In this document: positions 23,151-35,919 of the stretch, one piece after another | Layout of the letters: every line of letters begins with the position of its first letter | How positions within the stretch are numbered: the first letter of the stretch is position 1 | Assembly: GCA_040143965.1 (NCBI GenBank) | Contig: JASJQH010000050.1 | Span: 1 to 38,105 of the forward strand | Direction: 5' to 3' | From: Basidiobolus ranarum | Taxonomy: Eukaryota | DNA length: 38,105 nucleotides | Program-made: the position numbers and the translations under genes | Notes under the pieces: generated by a model | Told to the model about the DNA's origin: nothing | The model's input: only the letters and a program-made list of their open reading frames with translations | The model's database searches: none

Positions 23151-24999
23151 ATTAATATACTTTGAAACTATCCTACAATCATATTTCTCCCTGCTACTTT
23201 CAACCAAGTACATCTACAATTTCTCAGCAACTATCACTGTCGTCAACTCAGATGCAGTAAGAGCGATGACTAAGAAGTCTATATTGCTTCACATCGACAG
23301 AATATAGCCATTCTTCGTTAAACCATATCAGGGCCAACAACATGAAAAAGGCCAGAGTACAGATCAACAGGAATCTATGCCAATATGACTAAACGTGGCG
23401 TTCATCAGAGCAATCACGGCTGGAATAGCAATATCAGCATAAACAAATATAATATTTTATCAGCCAATATAACCCCTTCCCATTTATTCAAACCAGACAA
23501 GCGAAGTGTATACAAAACCATGCATCCCAGTGTAAGTAAGCGCGACATGCCATCTAGCCTATACGAGTAAAGCTGAGTTCCAACCAAGCCAATTTGATTT
23601 ACTCAATAGACATAAAATAGGCTTGAATATCGAGTATAAAGATCAACAATCGAAGCGAAATATCTCCAATTGCATACCCTAGATAACCAGCACTTTTAAT
23701 CAATATACTTCCAATGTAACGATGGTCTTAACTTTGAAGGAGAGCATGAAGACCCATTGCTGTTTCAAATTGACACTTTCTTATCATTCGATATCTTGTA
23801 ACATCCTAATATTGATCCTCAATCTCGCTACAGTAGAGCAGGAATGCCAGGTTGTGGATACGATATCAACTGTGGCCAGTATGAGACTACTCACTGAGAA
23901 ATGCGAGCATCGTACAGGTAATATTTTAAAACGTATGTATAGAGAACGTGAACAGTGCAGAAATAGTAACGCAGAATGCCAACAATGTGAATGAAAAAAT
24001 ACTAAAATGGAAGTAGAAACTAGGCACAGATCGCACAAATGAATAACAGCAAATCCTTGCCCTATTGAATTGCACGAATTTGAGTAATTGAATAGCACTT
24101 TAGCCCTATATGATTGTATTAAGCACAATGTCACATTCAGTGCAAACAAATAGCAGGTGATTTCCACATCGATTAAGACCAATTCCAATGTCAAAGCTAA
24201 ATGATCTCTTACAAATTAGATTCACATCGAACCATCACGGAACAGCTCAAACTTTAATTTATGTGAGCTAAATTGGAAATATCTTCTGTGTAATATATCT
24301 TCTCTGGTTTGGATTTCCTTCGCGATTCTGATATATCTGGTTACTATCGAGTTTGTTGTGTATTATATGAGAATAGGCCACGGCTATGCCTGAAGTAGGT
24401 TGAAGAGGTAAAGACACTGGCTTCACAGAATGACTCGATTAAACAAGTTTTTGAACTTCAATTCTACCATTCCCCACGAAAGTTGAGACCCGGTAATAAA
24501 CTCAGTTATCTAAGCATACGGTGCGGGTATTTTCCCAGTCACCGAGCTAAGAGGGATGAACATCCATTAGTACGGGTAACATGAAAATACACATTAATTG
24601 CGGGCCATGATGCTATATCTGATCATTGCTCCTCCTTTATCTTAGCCTAAGCCTAAGCCAAAATCAAAATCCTTTGTACAGCATCATTCAGTTTGTCCAA
24701 TGAGATTCTATAGGTTAGAGATATAGCTTTCTGAGGACTACTGTCTTCCTTACTACTCTTCATTACAAAGTGGCATACATATGTTCACTGTACAGCAAGA
24801 ACAACCTCATATATTTCTGTAGTTAGTTTTGTTGAAGCAACCACAGCCTTACACATACTTCGATCAACATAGCAATACGCTCCAGGGGCCTAGATCCACA
24901 ATTGTGTATGTTGTGCTCGGCTTTCTATTTTGATATGCTAGTAAAATCGGTTTTCTACAAGGAGGTGGTACGCATCCAACTTAGGTTTAATTGAATTGA

Positions 25000-25920
25000 C
25001 TAGTCTCTCCTCAACCGCGTCAGGTTGCCTTAAACAATATTTATCTTACGGACTCACGAATCTAGGAGATATAAATCATTGCCGTAGTTACAACTGTGGG
25101 AGAGGAATTTGACTCAAACGGCAACGATGTACATCATGAGACAAGATAACAATATCGTATGCTTATCGAGTCGACAACGCAAGAGTCATGGAGTCAAGAA
25201 CTGGTTTCGATGAACTAACCTCTTCACAAAGTCCTATAGAGTCCAAATACCAGTCATATAGCGAGAAATTCTTGAACCACTATGCCACCTCCCCAAACGC
25301 CATTCGAATTCAGATAGTCACAAATCTAAGAACATACCGATGGTTAGATGGTTGCACTCGAACCTGTAACATCCAATGTGACCGTAGTAGTTGTTTTTAC
25401 TAACATATTTAGACGTCGTGATTTTTTATGGTACACCAAGGAAAACCAGTTGATAGGAAGTCATACAGCGTGCTACAATATGGAGATGGGTTTCTCATTG
25501 GCATTCCTTTTGTAGCTGATTGATTCATGGCTACTCTGGTGCACAGATTTATTGGTACAGCGGTTGGTGGGGATGAACTCGGCTATTTTATTTGGAAAGG
25601 TTGCTCGTTTAATAAGGCGACGAATAAATGGTATCCTTGATTGTTAAATCGAAATATAATTTCCAATCATCCCTATCAGGTCTGTCCATATTCCGACTTT
25701 ATCATCCACATAAACGTGTGACTATTGTTCGAGTTCTATAAGCAGTCTAACAAATCCGTTGAATGACGAAACTCCAGTTCATGATAAGGTGAAGTCACCT
25801 TGGAGGCCTTTCATCCGAACCGCCCTTCTGATCATACTAAATTAGACCAACAGAAAGGGATTTATCGGCCATTGATCAGCACCACTTCTTTCATGTGGTG
25901 CACCCGGTTTTGCTGGACTA
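25000..25920 (+). mobile_element. Decayed Ty3/gypsy gag-protease-RT start
   Basis: Ordered weak motifs: YSEKF and CFY (gag/knuckle-like), GIPFV/LIDS/SGA/RFI (protease LIDSGA..FI, ~25500-25555), PNRPSDH (~25815), KGFI...CGAP (~25855-25906). Very degenerate. Confidence 0.35.
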
Positions 25921-26708
25921 ATGGATGAGGAAATAGTGTCGATAAAATCCAATTGATTCTATGGATATCCTCAGGGCATCCTATGGTTTTGAGAAACAGG
26001 AGTATCCACTCGGCGAAGTCTGTATATTTTGACCCTATCTTATATTAATCATTAGAATAGGAATGTTCATTGATGGATCCGTTCCGACATCCTGTTAACA
26101 TGGGGGGATTTCGGATAAGTGATCTAAATCACACAACATACTTAGGATTTTATTTATTCCTATATGAACTCCATTACAAACCACGTAGTATTATCTTACC
26201 TACCACTTTCATCTAACTTGATTCCTGAACTTTACCTCCTTGATGTGTCCGTCATCAAACAGTTCTCTTCTGAGCCATAATTTGAAAACTCCAGATAACA
26301 TGTCAGAAACATACCCCACGATTTGATTTCGAATCATGTGCCTGAAAGAAGGAATATAGCACGAGCGAAGAAGAAAAAAGCCACTTGAGCTATTATCGTG
26401 TGGCACAGCCAATGTGGCTATCATCATAAATGTGAGTGTTTTACTGCTGTTTTTCATATCAGAAATGCAAAGATTTCATGCCGTCTAATTTACAAATAAA
26501 AGAGAAGCTCAACTCTATCAAGATAAAGGATGAGGGTGTAAGGCGTAGGAAAGGAAAGGGAGGTGATAAGCGTGATTATCTAACATGCAATAGGGTACCA
26601 AAGGAAAGTTAAATCAATGGGAAAAGCGAAAATAAACATTTTGGAGAGTTGAATCTACAGGGTTGGGTCATCCAGGGATATATTATTTGCGAAACACGTA
26701 GAGAAGAT

Positions 26709-27710
26709 TCATAGCTCTGGTACACTAAATTCTTCACTCACATACTCTTCGTCTCCAAATGAGGGTCCATATACTGGGGATGGATTCTCCGCCGGTACTG
26801 CCTGATTGATTTCCATATACATGGTCCAATGGTATTTGAAATCCTCATATGACACAAATAAATCAAATTGTAAGAAGCTCAACAATTCTAATTCCATACG
26901 AGTGAGTTCAGGGGTCGAAAAAATGGCACTAAGGCGAGCCCAGTGTTCATTTGGTGAAATCAAGGATGAAAGTGGCACAGATACAACAGGAGATGATGAA
27001 TTGAGTCCAGTGGCCATATCTGCTCCACGGCACTGCAAGTCAGCTGATGTGGGTACGGCGGGGGCCAGCGGAGATGGTTTTGTCCAAGAATTAAAATGAG
27101 CTTGAATATACTTGGTAGCAACCATGTAGGAGACAAGGAAAAGCCGATGTCCACATCCAGCCTCCCCTTTGGCAGCAGGGTGCATTTTCTTCAGTCGGTC
27201 AACATACATCAGTGCCAACACAAGTGCAACACATGAATGAGAAGGAAAGACTGTAGAAAGAGTCGAGTTGGTCACAGGTGCGATGGATGTACGAGTAAGA
27301 ATGGTGGAAATGTAGGTGAAGAGTTGAACAATTCTGCCAGATTGACGGGTCGATTCAGTAGTTGGTCGGTCTTCGCCTAGCTGTAGGCCTTCCCAGTGAG
27401 CCTGAATACGATTGGCAGTCATACTAATTACACGAGAATTCAATTGTAATCCACCAGGAATACCCGATAACTTTTTGAATAGATCTGTCTGCCTAGATGT
27501 AGGGCTTGGTAGATACACTGAGGCGTAGGCAGCTACCACTTTATCACGAGGAGAGGAGAGTGAATTCTGCGGTGGATGTTGTGTAGGGCGTGATTGAATT
27601 TGAGACGAGTGGGAACGAACGCCTCTTGGAAGGCGATTACTAGATCTCTTTAGAGCAACTCGTTGGTGGCTATAAGCCATTTGAGGGGAGTGTTGCTTTG
27701 CATAAACCAT
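26709..27710 (-). CDS. Pho85-type cyclin (Pcl/Clg1/Pho80-like cyclin box), intronless
   Basis: 333-aa ORF with VALVLALMYVDRLK, GCGHRLFLVSYMVATKY, NEHWARLS and ELTRMELELLSFLQFDLFV. An in-frame stop 60 nt upstream of the ATG supports the start, and TATATAAA lies on the minus strand near 27979-27986. Confidence 0.88.
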   Translation of the reverse strand: MVYAKQHSPQMAYSHQRVALKRSSNRLPRGVRSHSSQIQSRPTQHPPQNSLSSPRDKVVAAYASVYLPSPTSRQTDLFKKLSGIPGGLQLNSRVISMTANRIQAHWEGLQLGEDRPTTESTRQSGRIVQLFTYISTILTRTSIAPVTNSTLSTVFPSHSCVALVLALMYVDRLKKMHPAAKGEAGCGHRLFLVSYMVATKYIQAHFNSWTKPSPLAPAVPTSADLQCRGADMATGLNSSSPVVSVPLSSLISPNEHWARLSAIFSTPELTRMELELLSFLQFDLFVSYEDFKYHWTMYMEINQAVPAENPSPVYGPSFGDEEYVSEEFSVPEL

Positions 27711-29759
27711 TGAATGAAGTTTGATAACGGAGGATAGATTGGGATACAGGAAGAACGGTAGGGAATGTATCTAGAGAGAGAGCCCGAGTTGTATTGTACT
27801 ATGGAGAATTGGAGTGAAATACAGTCCACACTTTTTGGTAAAGCGTTGGGGTGATAGATAAGGGAAACGGGGGCTGGCAAAGGAGGGCAAATAGTCCAGC
27901 GTTAACTGTGCAGTTGATCTCTGTTAAAATCCGGTCAGGCGGATTCGTTGGATGAGGCCAAATTGAAGTTGCTCAGCCTTTATATATTAGTTTTTTGGGC
28001 TCACCTATGTCCTCCACTTGATTTTAACAGTAGCGGCTTCTCCCAGAATGGTTTCACCGGTTTTTTAGCCACCAGCTAAATGATTCGACGCTTTTAGAAA
28101 AGATATCATAATTACAGGAAAACACAATAGAACCGATTTAATTGCCCAGCCAGTGATTGCACTGCGCTATTTAGTGATTTGGCCAATCGTTGCTGAATTG
28201 GCTTATAGTCAGCCATAATTAAGCAGTGATGAGAATCTCTCCACCCTTTGTTTATTTATTCTTTGTCGAATCCGTTGCATTGATTTCCCTTTTAGTTCCG
28301 ATATGGTTCCCAGATTTGTCTTTATTGAATGAAGTCATTTCAGATTATTGCCATCGAATTTTCATTTAAGTTTACAGCAGTCATTCTTTATTTGGGAGTG
28401 CGATAGGCAAGCATTCTCTACCTGCTGGTGGGGCGCCTTGTGAGTGGAAGGACCTGGTCGCATGCACAACGCATCAATCATGAATGCCTCACTAAATCCC
28501 AATTATGATGTGCATAGGCTGGAGTTGTGTTGAGTTACAACGTAGTGCGTGGTTGTGGTCGCCGATAAATATTGACTCTCACTTTAATTTCTCGGTATTT
28601 GAAATGGTGGCCGCTGATTGGGCAGTGATCAAAATCATTGGTAGGTAAGCTTGGATAGCTTCAGATATATATTTGCGGACCAATGTTATTCCATTCGGAA
28701 TATAACCATTGTCCCCTTTTCGTTCTTATTCCATGATCCCCATTGACCAATTCAGTTGGTTTGAACTGTCATTTATACTGATCATCAAAGCCATTACCAT
28801 TCCTGGCTCAAATAACTAGTCTCCACAGGTTCTATCAGCAAGTGGAACGTGTTCAGGCTTATTTAATCTGCTCAGTTCAGTAGATCAATAGAAAACATAT
28901 ACTGACTTCACCAGAATGACCAGATGCCGCCTGCTTAAAATGAAGATCATGCTACTACAGCCTGTATTCTAAAAAGAAATCCACCGCCATTGTTAGCTGT
29001 ACAAAACGGTTGACCACAAAGATTCACCCCTGGGACGATAGTCCAAATTCGATATGCTAACAGGATTCTGTGGTTTCTCTTTGAATAGCAGTGGCATCTT
29101 CTGAGTCGCTCTATCTATGGACAACCAAACCAAGGCTAGTAACCGAGCAGTCAGTGATGCGATCGTGCTATTTCATAGATACAAATACAGTAGTGTTCCA
29201 TTGTGTGCAACACAGCAACCGTTTGATATCTCTACCTTTTGAGAATACCCCTATTTCTTATTCTATGAGATTCTTTTTGATCTCAATTCTTGGTCAAACT
29301 TGAGTCAAGCAGTGAATAGCATTCTCTCACCATTTCCTTTTCTATGCCAGATCATCAACCCTCAAGTGAATCTTTAGAGTTTGAAAACTTTATTTGTATT
29401 GTCGCTGAATTATTCTCTCCTAGTTGCCGCCATCAGTTCTTGGTTTGATCTTGGCGAAGCTTGCGAATATCTGACTCAGTGCAAACTCGTGCTCATCCTG
29501 ATTACTGATGACATTGTGAAATTACCTTACTACACAGACCAAATGTCCTCAGGATCACAATACTTGAGAGCATACTTTTCACTGCCACATCCTAGTGGTT
29601 TCAATCAGTGCGTTGTTACATTTTATATCACCAATGATGCTCGTAGCGAGTGGCCTTTCATACTCTTCACGTACACTTCCATAATGTATACACCCTGGCT
29701 GTAGGTACAGTACAGCATATAGTGACAATTTTATGCCGTAATTTTGAGTTGAAGCTATC

Positions 29760-31650
29760 GGCGGTCTTCTAGGTAGCTTCCCATACACTATACACCATAC
29801 ACATTCTATTCTTTGTGATGCTGCACTTACGTGATTTTCTCAGTTGTTTCATATCACGAAGTTCTACAGTGATACCATACTTACTTACTAGACACATACC
29901 GTGTCATATATTGGTATCCACGAAAGAGATTGGCAAACAAGTAGTGGACATATATGAGGCAGGCGACTTCGTCGTCAAGTGAAATCCTTCTTCTTTTGGA
30001 TTTTTTCCCATGAGAAAACTTATGCGAAAGCAAAGTAATACAAACTCGTAGGTAGTTTTGGACGGGAATATATGCACCAGTTCCGAGGTAGAGAAGCAGT
30101 GACACTGAGCATCGTAGCTGACTCCACTCCTTATTTCACATTCTTTTCAAGTTAATTCCTTTAGGTTTTGATTTTGTCCCATATTTAAATCATCATTTAA
30201 GATTTATTAATATAATCTTCGGTACAATTCACCATCGCTGGAATGTACGTGGGTTTTCCAAATAAGCCGCATTACTTGTATATTTTATGCTAGACATGCT
30301 CATTCTCACCAGAATGCAACCAGTAAACTTCTAAGTATAACCGCCAATTGGGATTACATGCTACTTAAGCTATGAGTCGATTGGTGCACAGGTATTGTTT
30401 CAGATTTAGTACGTAAGGCCGTAGATAGGTGCACTTTCGGGTGCGCACGATTTGAAAGGTTGCCTTCAATATGGTGGTGTCTTGCAATGTACCACAGGTT
30501 GAGGAAGGCCTGTATTAATATGAAATTGATATCACTTAACTATGGGAGTATTTGGGAGCATCAGTTGCACCAGTGCTGTACGTACAAGAAGGTAATGTAG
30601 GCCAATCCCTGCCGATCCGTTGCCAACTTTTTTTATGGGTATTCGTTGAGGAGACGGCATGATAGTTAGTACTGACCCCATGCGGATTTACTCATGGAGG
30701 GTTTCTCTTAGTAACTAGCGAATACTACAGTGCTCTACTAGGATCCACAGTAGGATCCTGGCTACGAATGGTTTGATTGTGTCTTCAGTGTTCTTTCGGA
30801 TTTAGTCTGCTTACAGGGCGTGTTATGGGATTGGCTATGAGGGATTGCAGAGTGCCTTGGATAACCCCCGAACAAAGGCCCGCACTTGTATCATTCGAAT
30901 CAAGACTACATCAGTTTGTTTGAAAAGTGTAGAGAAGGGATCTAGTGACCTCATCCAGTCCTTTCTTCCAGTGAAAAGGATATGATTTGGGGAACCCTTT
31001 TGTTCCATTTACATGGGAATGAAACATGATGCAATGTGGGGTCTCTTTCTGTCACATCTCAATCTCCCTTCTCTGCATTCTCGCGAGGCAATGGGCATCC
31101 ATGATCTAACGATGATAATCATCTGTGTGCAGTGAAACAGATAAAGATCTGATACCCACTGAGATCATATTAAATCCCAAACGCTCAGATTCCTGATGAA
31201 GCCACGTTACATCCAAATCCAACATGAGCCATGGAGCATAGACGAGCCAGAGAATCAATCAATATGAACTATTGGGCATAGAAATATCAAAGGTGTCCTT
31301 GTCATTCAGAATAAGCGCTGTAGAGTTGGGCCCAGATGTCAAGTAGAAACCGGAAATTGCAAACAAATCTGATCTCAGCAGCATGCCTGGAGAGGAATTC
31401 AATTTGACTGCCATTCAGGACATACGCTACAGGAAAGGATGCCTCTGTTTGTTGGTCTCTTAGCTATCCAATCATGGTCTAATAGGCACATTGACCACTC
31501 CGATTAAATGTTTTGTGTACTTGATGCGACAGTCCCAACGAAACACGGACTTCGATTTGGAATTCCTAATGGCGGTCTTGAAGAAGGTTTCAGAGCGGAT
31601 ACAACCAGCCCTCTGCTGTTCAAATAGGAACTTCTGATCTCTACCCTGTA
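29760..31650 (-). mobile_element. Decayed Ty3/gypsy pol (RT-RNase H-integrase order)
   Basis: Minus-strand order: AGCIRS, SDL..SGFY, DKDTF...PNSSY, HTDD/IIVRS, PFHW, ATDRQGLAYI, LSDINF, VQNYLRVCIT...K, RISLD, VYGKLPRRP. Each match is weak; the collinearity is the main support. Confidence 0.4.
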
Positions 31651-31989
31651 TAAATGAAGAATTCATATCTTTTCATTTAGAGATGATCTTCATCAAAAGG
31701 TCAATCAATGAACTGCGCAAGCCCTTATTAAGCTACTCGATAATTAATGGTACCGCAAACAACAGAGGTCCTGATTTTACAATTTCTTCTGGAAAATCAG
31801 CCACTTTATCATTTCTTATTATTCAGCATGCCTCTTGACTGAGGGATGTTGGCAGCAGACAATCAGCGGTTTTCAGTCAAAATGGATTTGGTCACAACCA
31901 TAGATTAATATACATAATAGTATTGTAAAGTTGTATTACAAAGATGACGGCTAGTCAACCAACTCGACCTCTTTTGGGGGGAATTGAAG

Positions 31990-34150
31990 GGAGATTCGAT
32001 GAGGATGTAATGACTTATTGAAAAAGGGTAAGAGCCATACTAAATGTTGGCACCTAGCAGAGAAAGCTCCGTTGTGAAAATGCAGGGCTTCTTAGTGCTA
32101 CCTTGGCTTGCTATTCTGTATCTTTCTATCACACCATGTCTGCCTGATATCGGGAGCAACTTGGGCATTCTTCTCACCAATATATAAAGAGTAATTAGCG
32201 TTCAAACTCCTTTCTTTTGATAAATGTGGGCATTGTTGCCAATTGTGGATATTTGCTCTACTAGCTTTCGTTCCAGATGAGAACTGTCAGTAAGCTTGAT
32301 GTCATCAATGAGACTGTTCGTATACGCCTATTTTCTCGTTCTACTTTGCAATTCTTACATTCGGCGGCTATTTAATGAAGCCCAGAAGAGTGCAGTTTAG
32401 TCAAACACGACAAATAAGCCCTTACCACCTCTCCATTTGTATACAATCATGACGTACCGTTGCTTGCTCAAATGCTTTGTTCTTATTATGATTCGTGTTT
32501 TCACTTTCAAATGACGTTCTTGTCCATAAATTTACGATTATCTAGATGCCACTTAAGGGCTACAGGTAGATTTGAAATCATGGTCTAGGGGGCTCGGATA
32601 TTTCTCAGAATGACGTTGGTTCCTAGTCCCTCCTTTGACTAATGGTGAGTTTTCGTGCGAAGATAGCCACTACACTCTGCTGAAATAAGGTAATCAAAAT
32701 TTGATGAGTAATACTAGAGACAGCGCATAATAGCACAAGGCCACCATGCTTCCGTCTAATCATTTCAAATATTCTCCAATAAGCGGTCTAAATCCTGTCT
32801 CATCTTTGATGCAAATCTTCCACTAAATTAAACCAGATGGGTATTTTGGCTGGTTAAACTAACGAACAATCATAAATAGATTGAACTAGAAAGCACAGGC
32901 ATGAAGCGCCAGCTTGCCCTTCAGTAAGAGCTGTCTCAATATCACCATAACAAACGACTACAATACGCCCTCCCTACGATATTTACTTTCTAATTGGTAT
33001 CTATACTATGGGCGCATATTAAAGTTTTGCCCGGTTAATCGAGTTCCATATATAGTCCTTGTAATTTAACGTATTGGAAATCAAATTTGCTTTATCTGCT
33101 TGCAACACAATGTTGATCAAGCTCCCACTGCGAGCTTATACAAACGGAGAATTACTCACCCATCATGACGTAAGAAATCGCCGACAGGTTATCCATCAAG
33201 ATCTCCACTGGGTCAGGATAGATGGGTGTTCATGGAAGTGATGAATATCAGGCAGCTTGGTTTGGTCCTTGCGATGAGACTACACCACACTAGTATCTTT
33301 TACATAGCACAGGAGATAGATTCCGCTATTCAGTCAAATGCAATGAGCCCCAATTCCAAGCAAGCTTGTGAACAAATAGTTCAGAAATGGGTTGGAGAGC
33401 GTGCTGTTCAGAAACACATTCATTGAATCATTGTATCTTCTATTTTACTCACCGCTATCCTCAAGCTTCCTCTGGTTTCAAAGATAGGTAAATCTAGTGG
33501 ACATATGCTAGCCTCAATTAAATGATAACTCGACACCAGAGTGACATTGCCATAAAAAGCATTAGTAATCTTTTATTCAGCTCTGTCTTAAGACATCTGC
33601 ATTTGCCAAAAATCCGCCCAGAAAGGCAAGATCCCATTGTTGATTTTTGGCTCCAAACTGCCACTCAATTGAGTATCGTAGCCACAGGTAGTAGTGTTCT
33701 TGACAATCTGTTCTTCTCACCCCTCGGCTATCAAGTCACTGTCCATTTTGGTATAGAGATTGGGTACTAAATTGAGTATCTGCGATTACCATCGGATACC
33801 CACTCTACGCTTCCACGATCTTTCTGATCAGTGTAGGATACGATGACTTGCTCTTCATGGTTTGACACAAATATGTCTTAGGCTTCAGGTCTCTCAATAA
33901 CCATATAGTCTCCACATGTTAGCTGGAACCACAGTAATTTAGTGGAAAGATAGATGTCAATATATTATATCTAGAGGAGGCACGTTTTCTGCAGTAGATA
34001 GTTCGAAGATAATCTTTCTTGCCCAGCAATTGCCTCACCCTCCAAATGGATTACGTAGCTTTATGTTCAACTTCCCAGTTTGCACCTGCAGAGTACTCTA
34101 GCAGACGTGTTTCTCCGTGTTAAGTGGGACTTCTCCACACCTACAAAATA
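31990..34150 (-). mobile_element. Decayed DIRS1-like tyrosine-recombinase retrotransposon (RT, RNase H, YR)
   Basis: Minus-strand order: VRQLLGK, HVETIWLLRDL (FKMET), LNLVPNLYTKM (GL..APR.FTK), QKST/LAFLG, YLFTSLLGIGAHC (TDAS..GWGAH), VEILMDNLSAISYVMMG (DN..A..YI..GG, ~33158-33209), TALFWASLNSRRM*ELQS (KT.FLLAL.S.RR.SEL, ~32343-32396), QCP, LLFI, GSTKK...LLGANI (HSTR), SHY. Confidence 0.6.
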
Positions 34151-35449
34151 ATCATCAATGGTCAAGAATCATTTCACAAATGACACAAGGACCTATTCGG
34201 TTTCACAGAAAGCTGGTGGTCTTACTTGTCAGATTCCTCTCCACGTCTCTATATTCCCATCGTGTCAGGTATCCAATATGAACTGACATAGTCTATTCTC
34301 TGAATAAATTCCCTCTAAATGAATGGACCCTGTAAAAGGTTAGCCATGCCATGGGGCGGCTAGTTGATCTGACATAGCAATATACGCCTTCCATCTATTA
34401 CATTGTGAGAGGGGTTTGTTTCTCTTGGCACAAATATAATTTGAATGACGAAATTCTCCAAACAAACCCCATCCCGGCCTAAAATAGAAAGCAGCAGCTG
34501 ATTCACTTGTATGGCTTGGAAGAAGACCACTTAAGATAGCTAATTTGGAAATCAGACTTTAATGAGACTGCCTTTTATAAACAGTCATAGGCCGAACGAG
34601 AATAAATCGGAGATGGATATATACCACACATTGTTGTTTTAAGAACCATCCTCAAATAGCCCTAGCATAATAAGGGGTGTATAATGCCTGACTGGTGGAA
34701 GAGCACATTGTCATCCACCATCCTCTCAAACCAAGCCAGCATGATATTATCTATGATTAGCGGTATCTGAATGATTTCAAAGTCAAAATGAAGGGTACAT
34801 ATGCCGTTAAACCATACAAATTCCTTACTTAAGCTGGCTAGAGATGCAGGTAATCTAGGATAGAGGAGACTACACTGACAAGTCGCTCGCACCATCAATT
34901 GGATACAACACCAAAAACCGATGGTCATGTGAGTAGTCGGAAAGCTGAATATTATTCAACCTTCCAATTCAAATATGGAATGCTGGAAGTCGCCTTGGAC
35001 ATCGATAGTGATAAACAATGCAGCTGTGATACTATATGAAGTCTTATCCACTTAATGTGCAATTGATTCATCGTAAGCAACTAGCATGCGCTTATTTCTC
35101 CTTAACATATGTTCTCAAGTTTCATAACTCTCACATATGCAACTGATGTCGGAGCTGACAACATCTGCTACATCAAGGCCGTGATGATCTCCGAGTTTGA
35201 GGCAGTTCGGCAAACCAACTTTCACTTGAACTCACGATCCTGGAGGGAAAACAAACAGGCCTTGTTGTGAAGGTGATGTATTGATGCTTTCAATCCATAA
35301 TTTATGTAAGTAGATTATTCAGTTTTCAAACGGACATGTCTGAGATATTTAGATAAATATCAGGGTAGGACAACGGCCATCATCACCCATCCCGGCATCA
35401 TCTCCTTTCAGTCCTTAGTATCCCCACCAGTAACTCGTGATTCACCAAA

Positions 35450-35749
35450 ATGAACATCCATTTCTTGATGAGCATTGTCTTCTTGAGCTTCATGAATGTT
35501 ATTTATGGAATGCCTATCATAGAGTTAAGCCCAAGTCTTGTGCTTTCCCCAAAGCTTAATCCAAACTTCGGTTCTCTGGGATTGTTTAATGGAATTCAGA
35601 ATTTCTTAGGTTTTGGAAAGGGCCGTAGTACTCCTGCTACCGAGGCTGCTAATGCTCCTGCCGCTATAGTTGGGGATAAGAAGGAAACCCTCGACATCAA
35701 AAATCCGAAGCCAGAGGATCAATTAACTACACCTCAAGCTGGCTTGTAG
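35450..35749 (+). CDS. Small secreted protein (99 aa) with predicted signal peptide
   Basis: aaaATG context, hydrophobic N-terminus MNIHFLMSIVFLSFMNVIYG|MP, Ala/Pro-rich tail, TATA-like GATAAATA ~100 nt upstream and AATAAA at 35851. Confidence 0.65.
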   Translation: MNIHFLMSIVFLSFMNVIYGMPIIELSPSLVLSPKLNPNFGSLGLFNGIQNFLGFGKGRSTPATEAANAPAAIVGDKKETLDIKNPKPEDQLTTPQAGL

Positions 35750-35919
35750 TTCCGCCATTGTGAGAAGTCCAGGGATTGGAGTGTAATTGATAACCGGGAT
35801 ACGATTATTTATGATATATATACATATATATGATAAACTATATGATGGGTAATAAAAGTATCTCTTGATATTCAACCACATGGTAATCCATTCTTGCACA
35901 AGATATCAATCCAGTGTTA

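Noticed and set aside
23065-24194. Several short ORFs on both strands
   Set aside because: No recognisable domains and no coherent splice chain.
26806-27880. ORFs 26806-27099, 26960-27154 and 27650-27880
   Set aside because: Overlaps of the cyclin CDS and leader without independent coding signal; no upstream ATG was seen in the cyclin leader.
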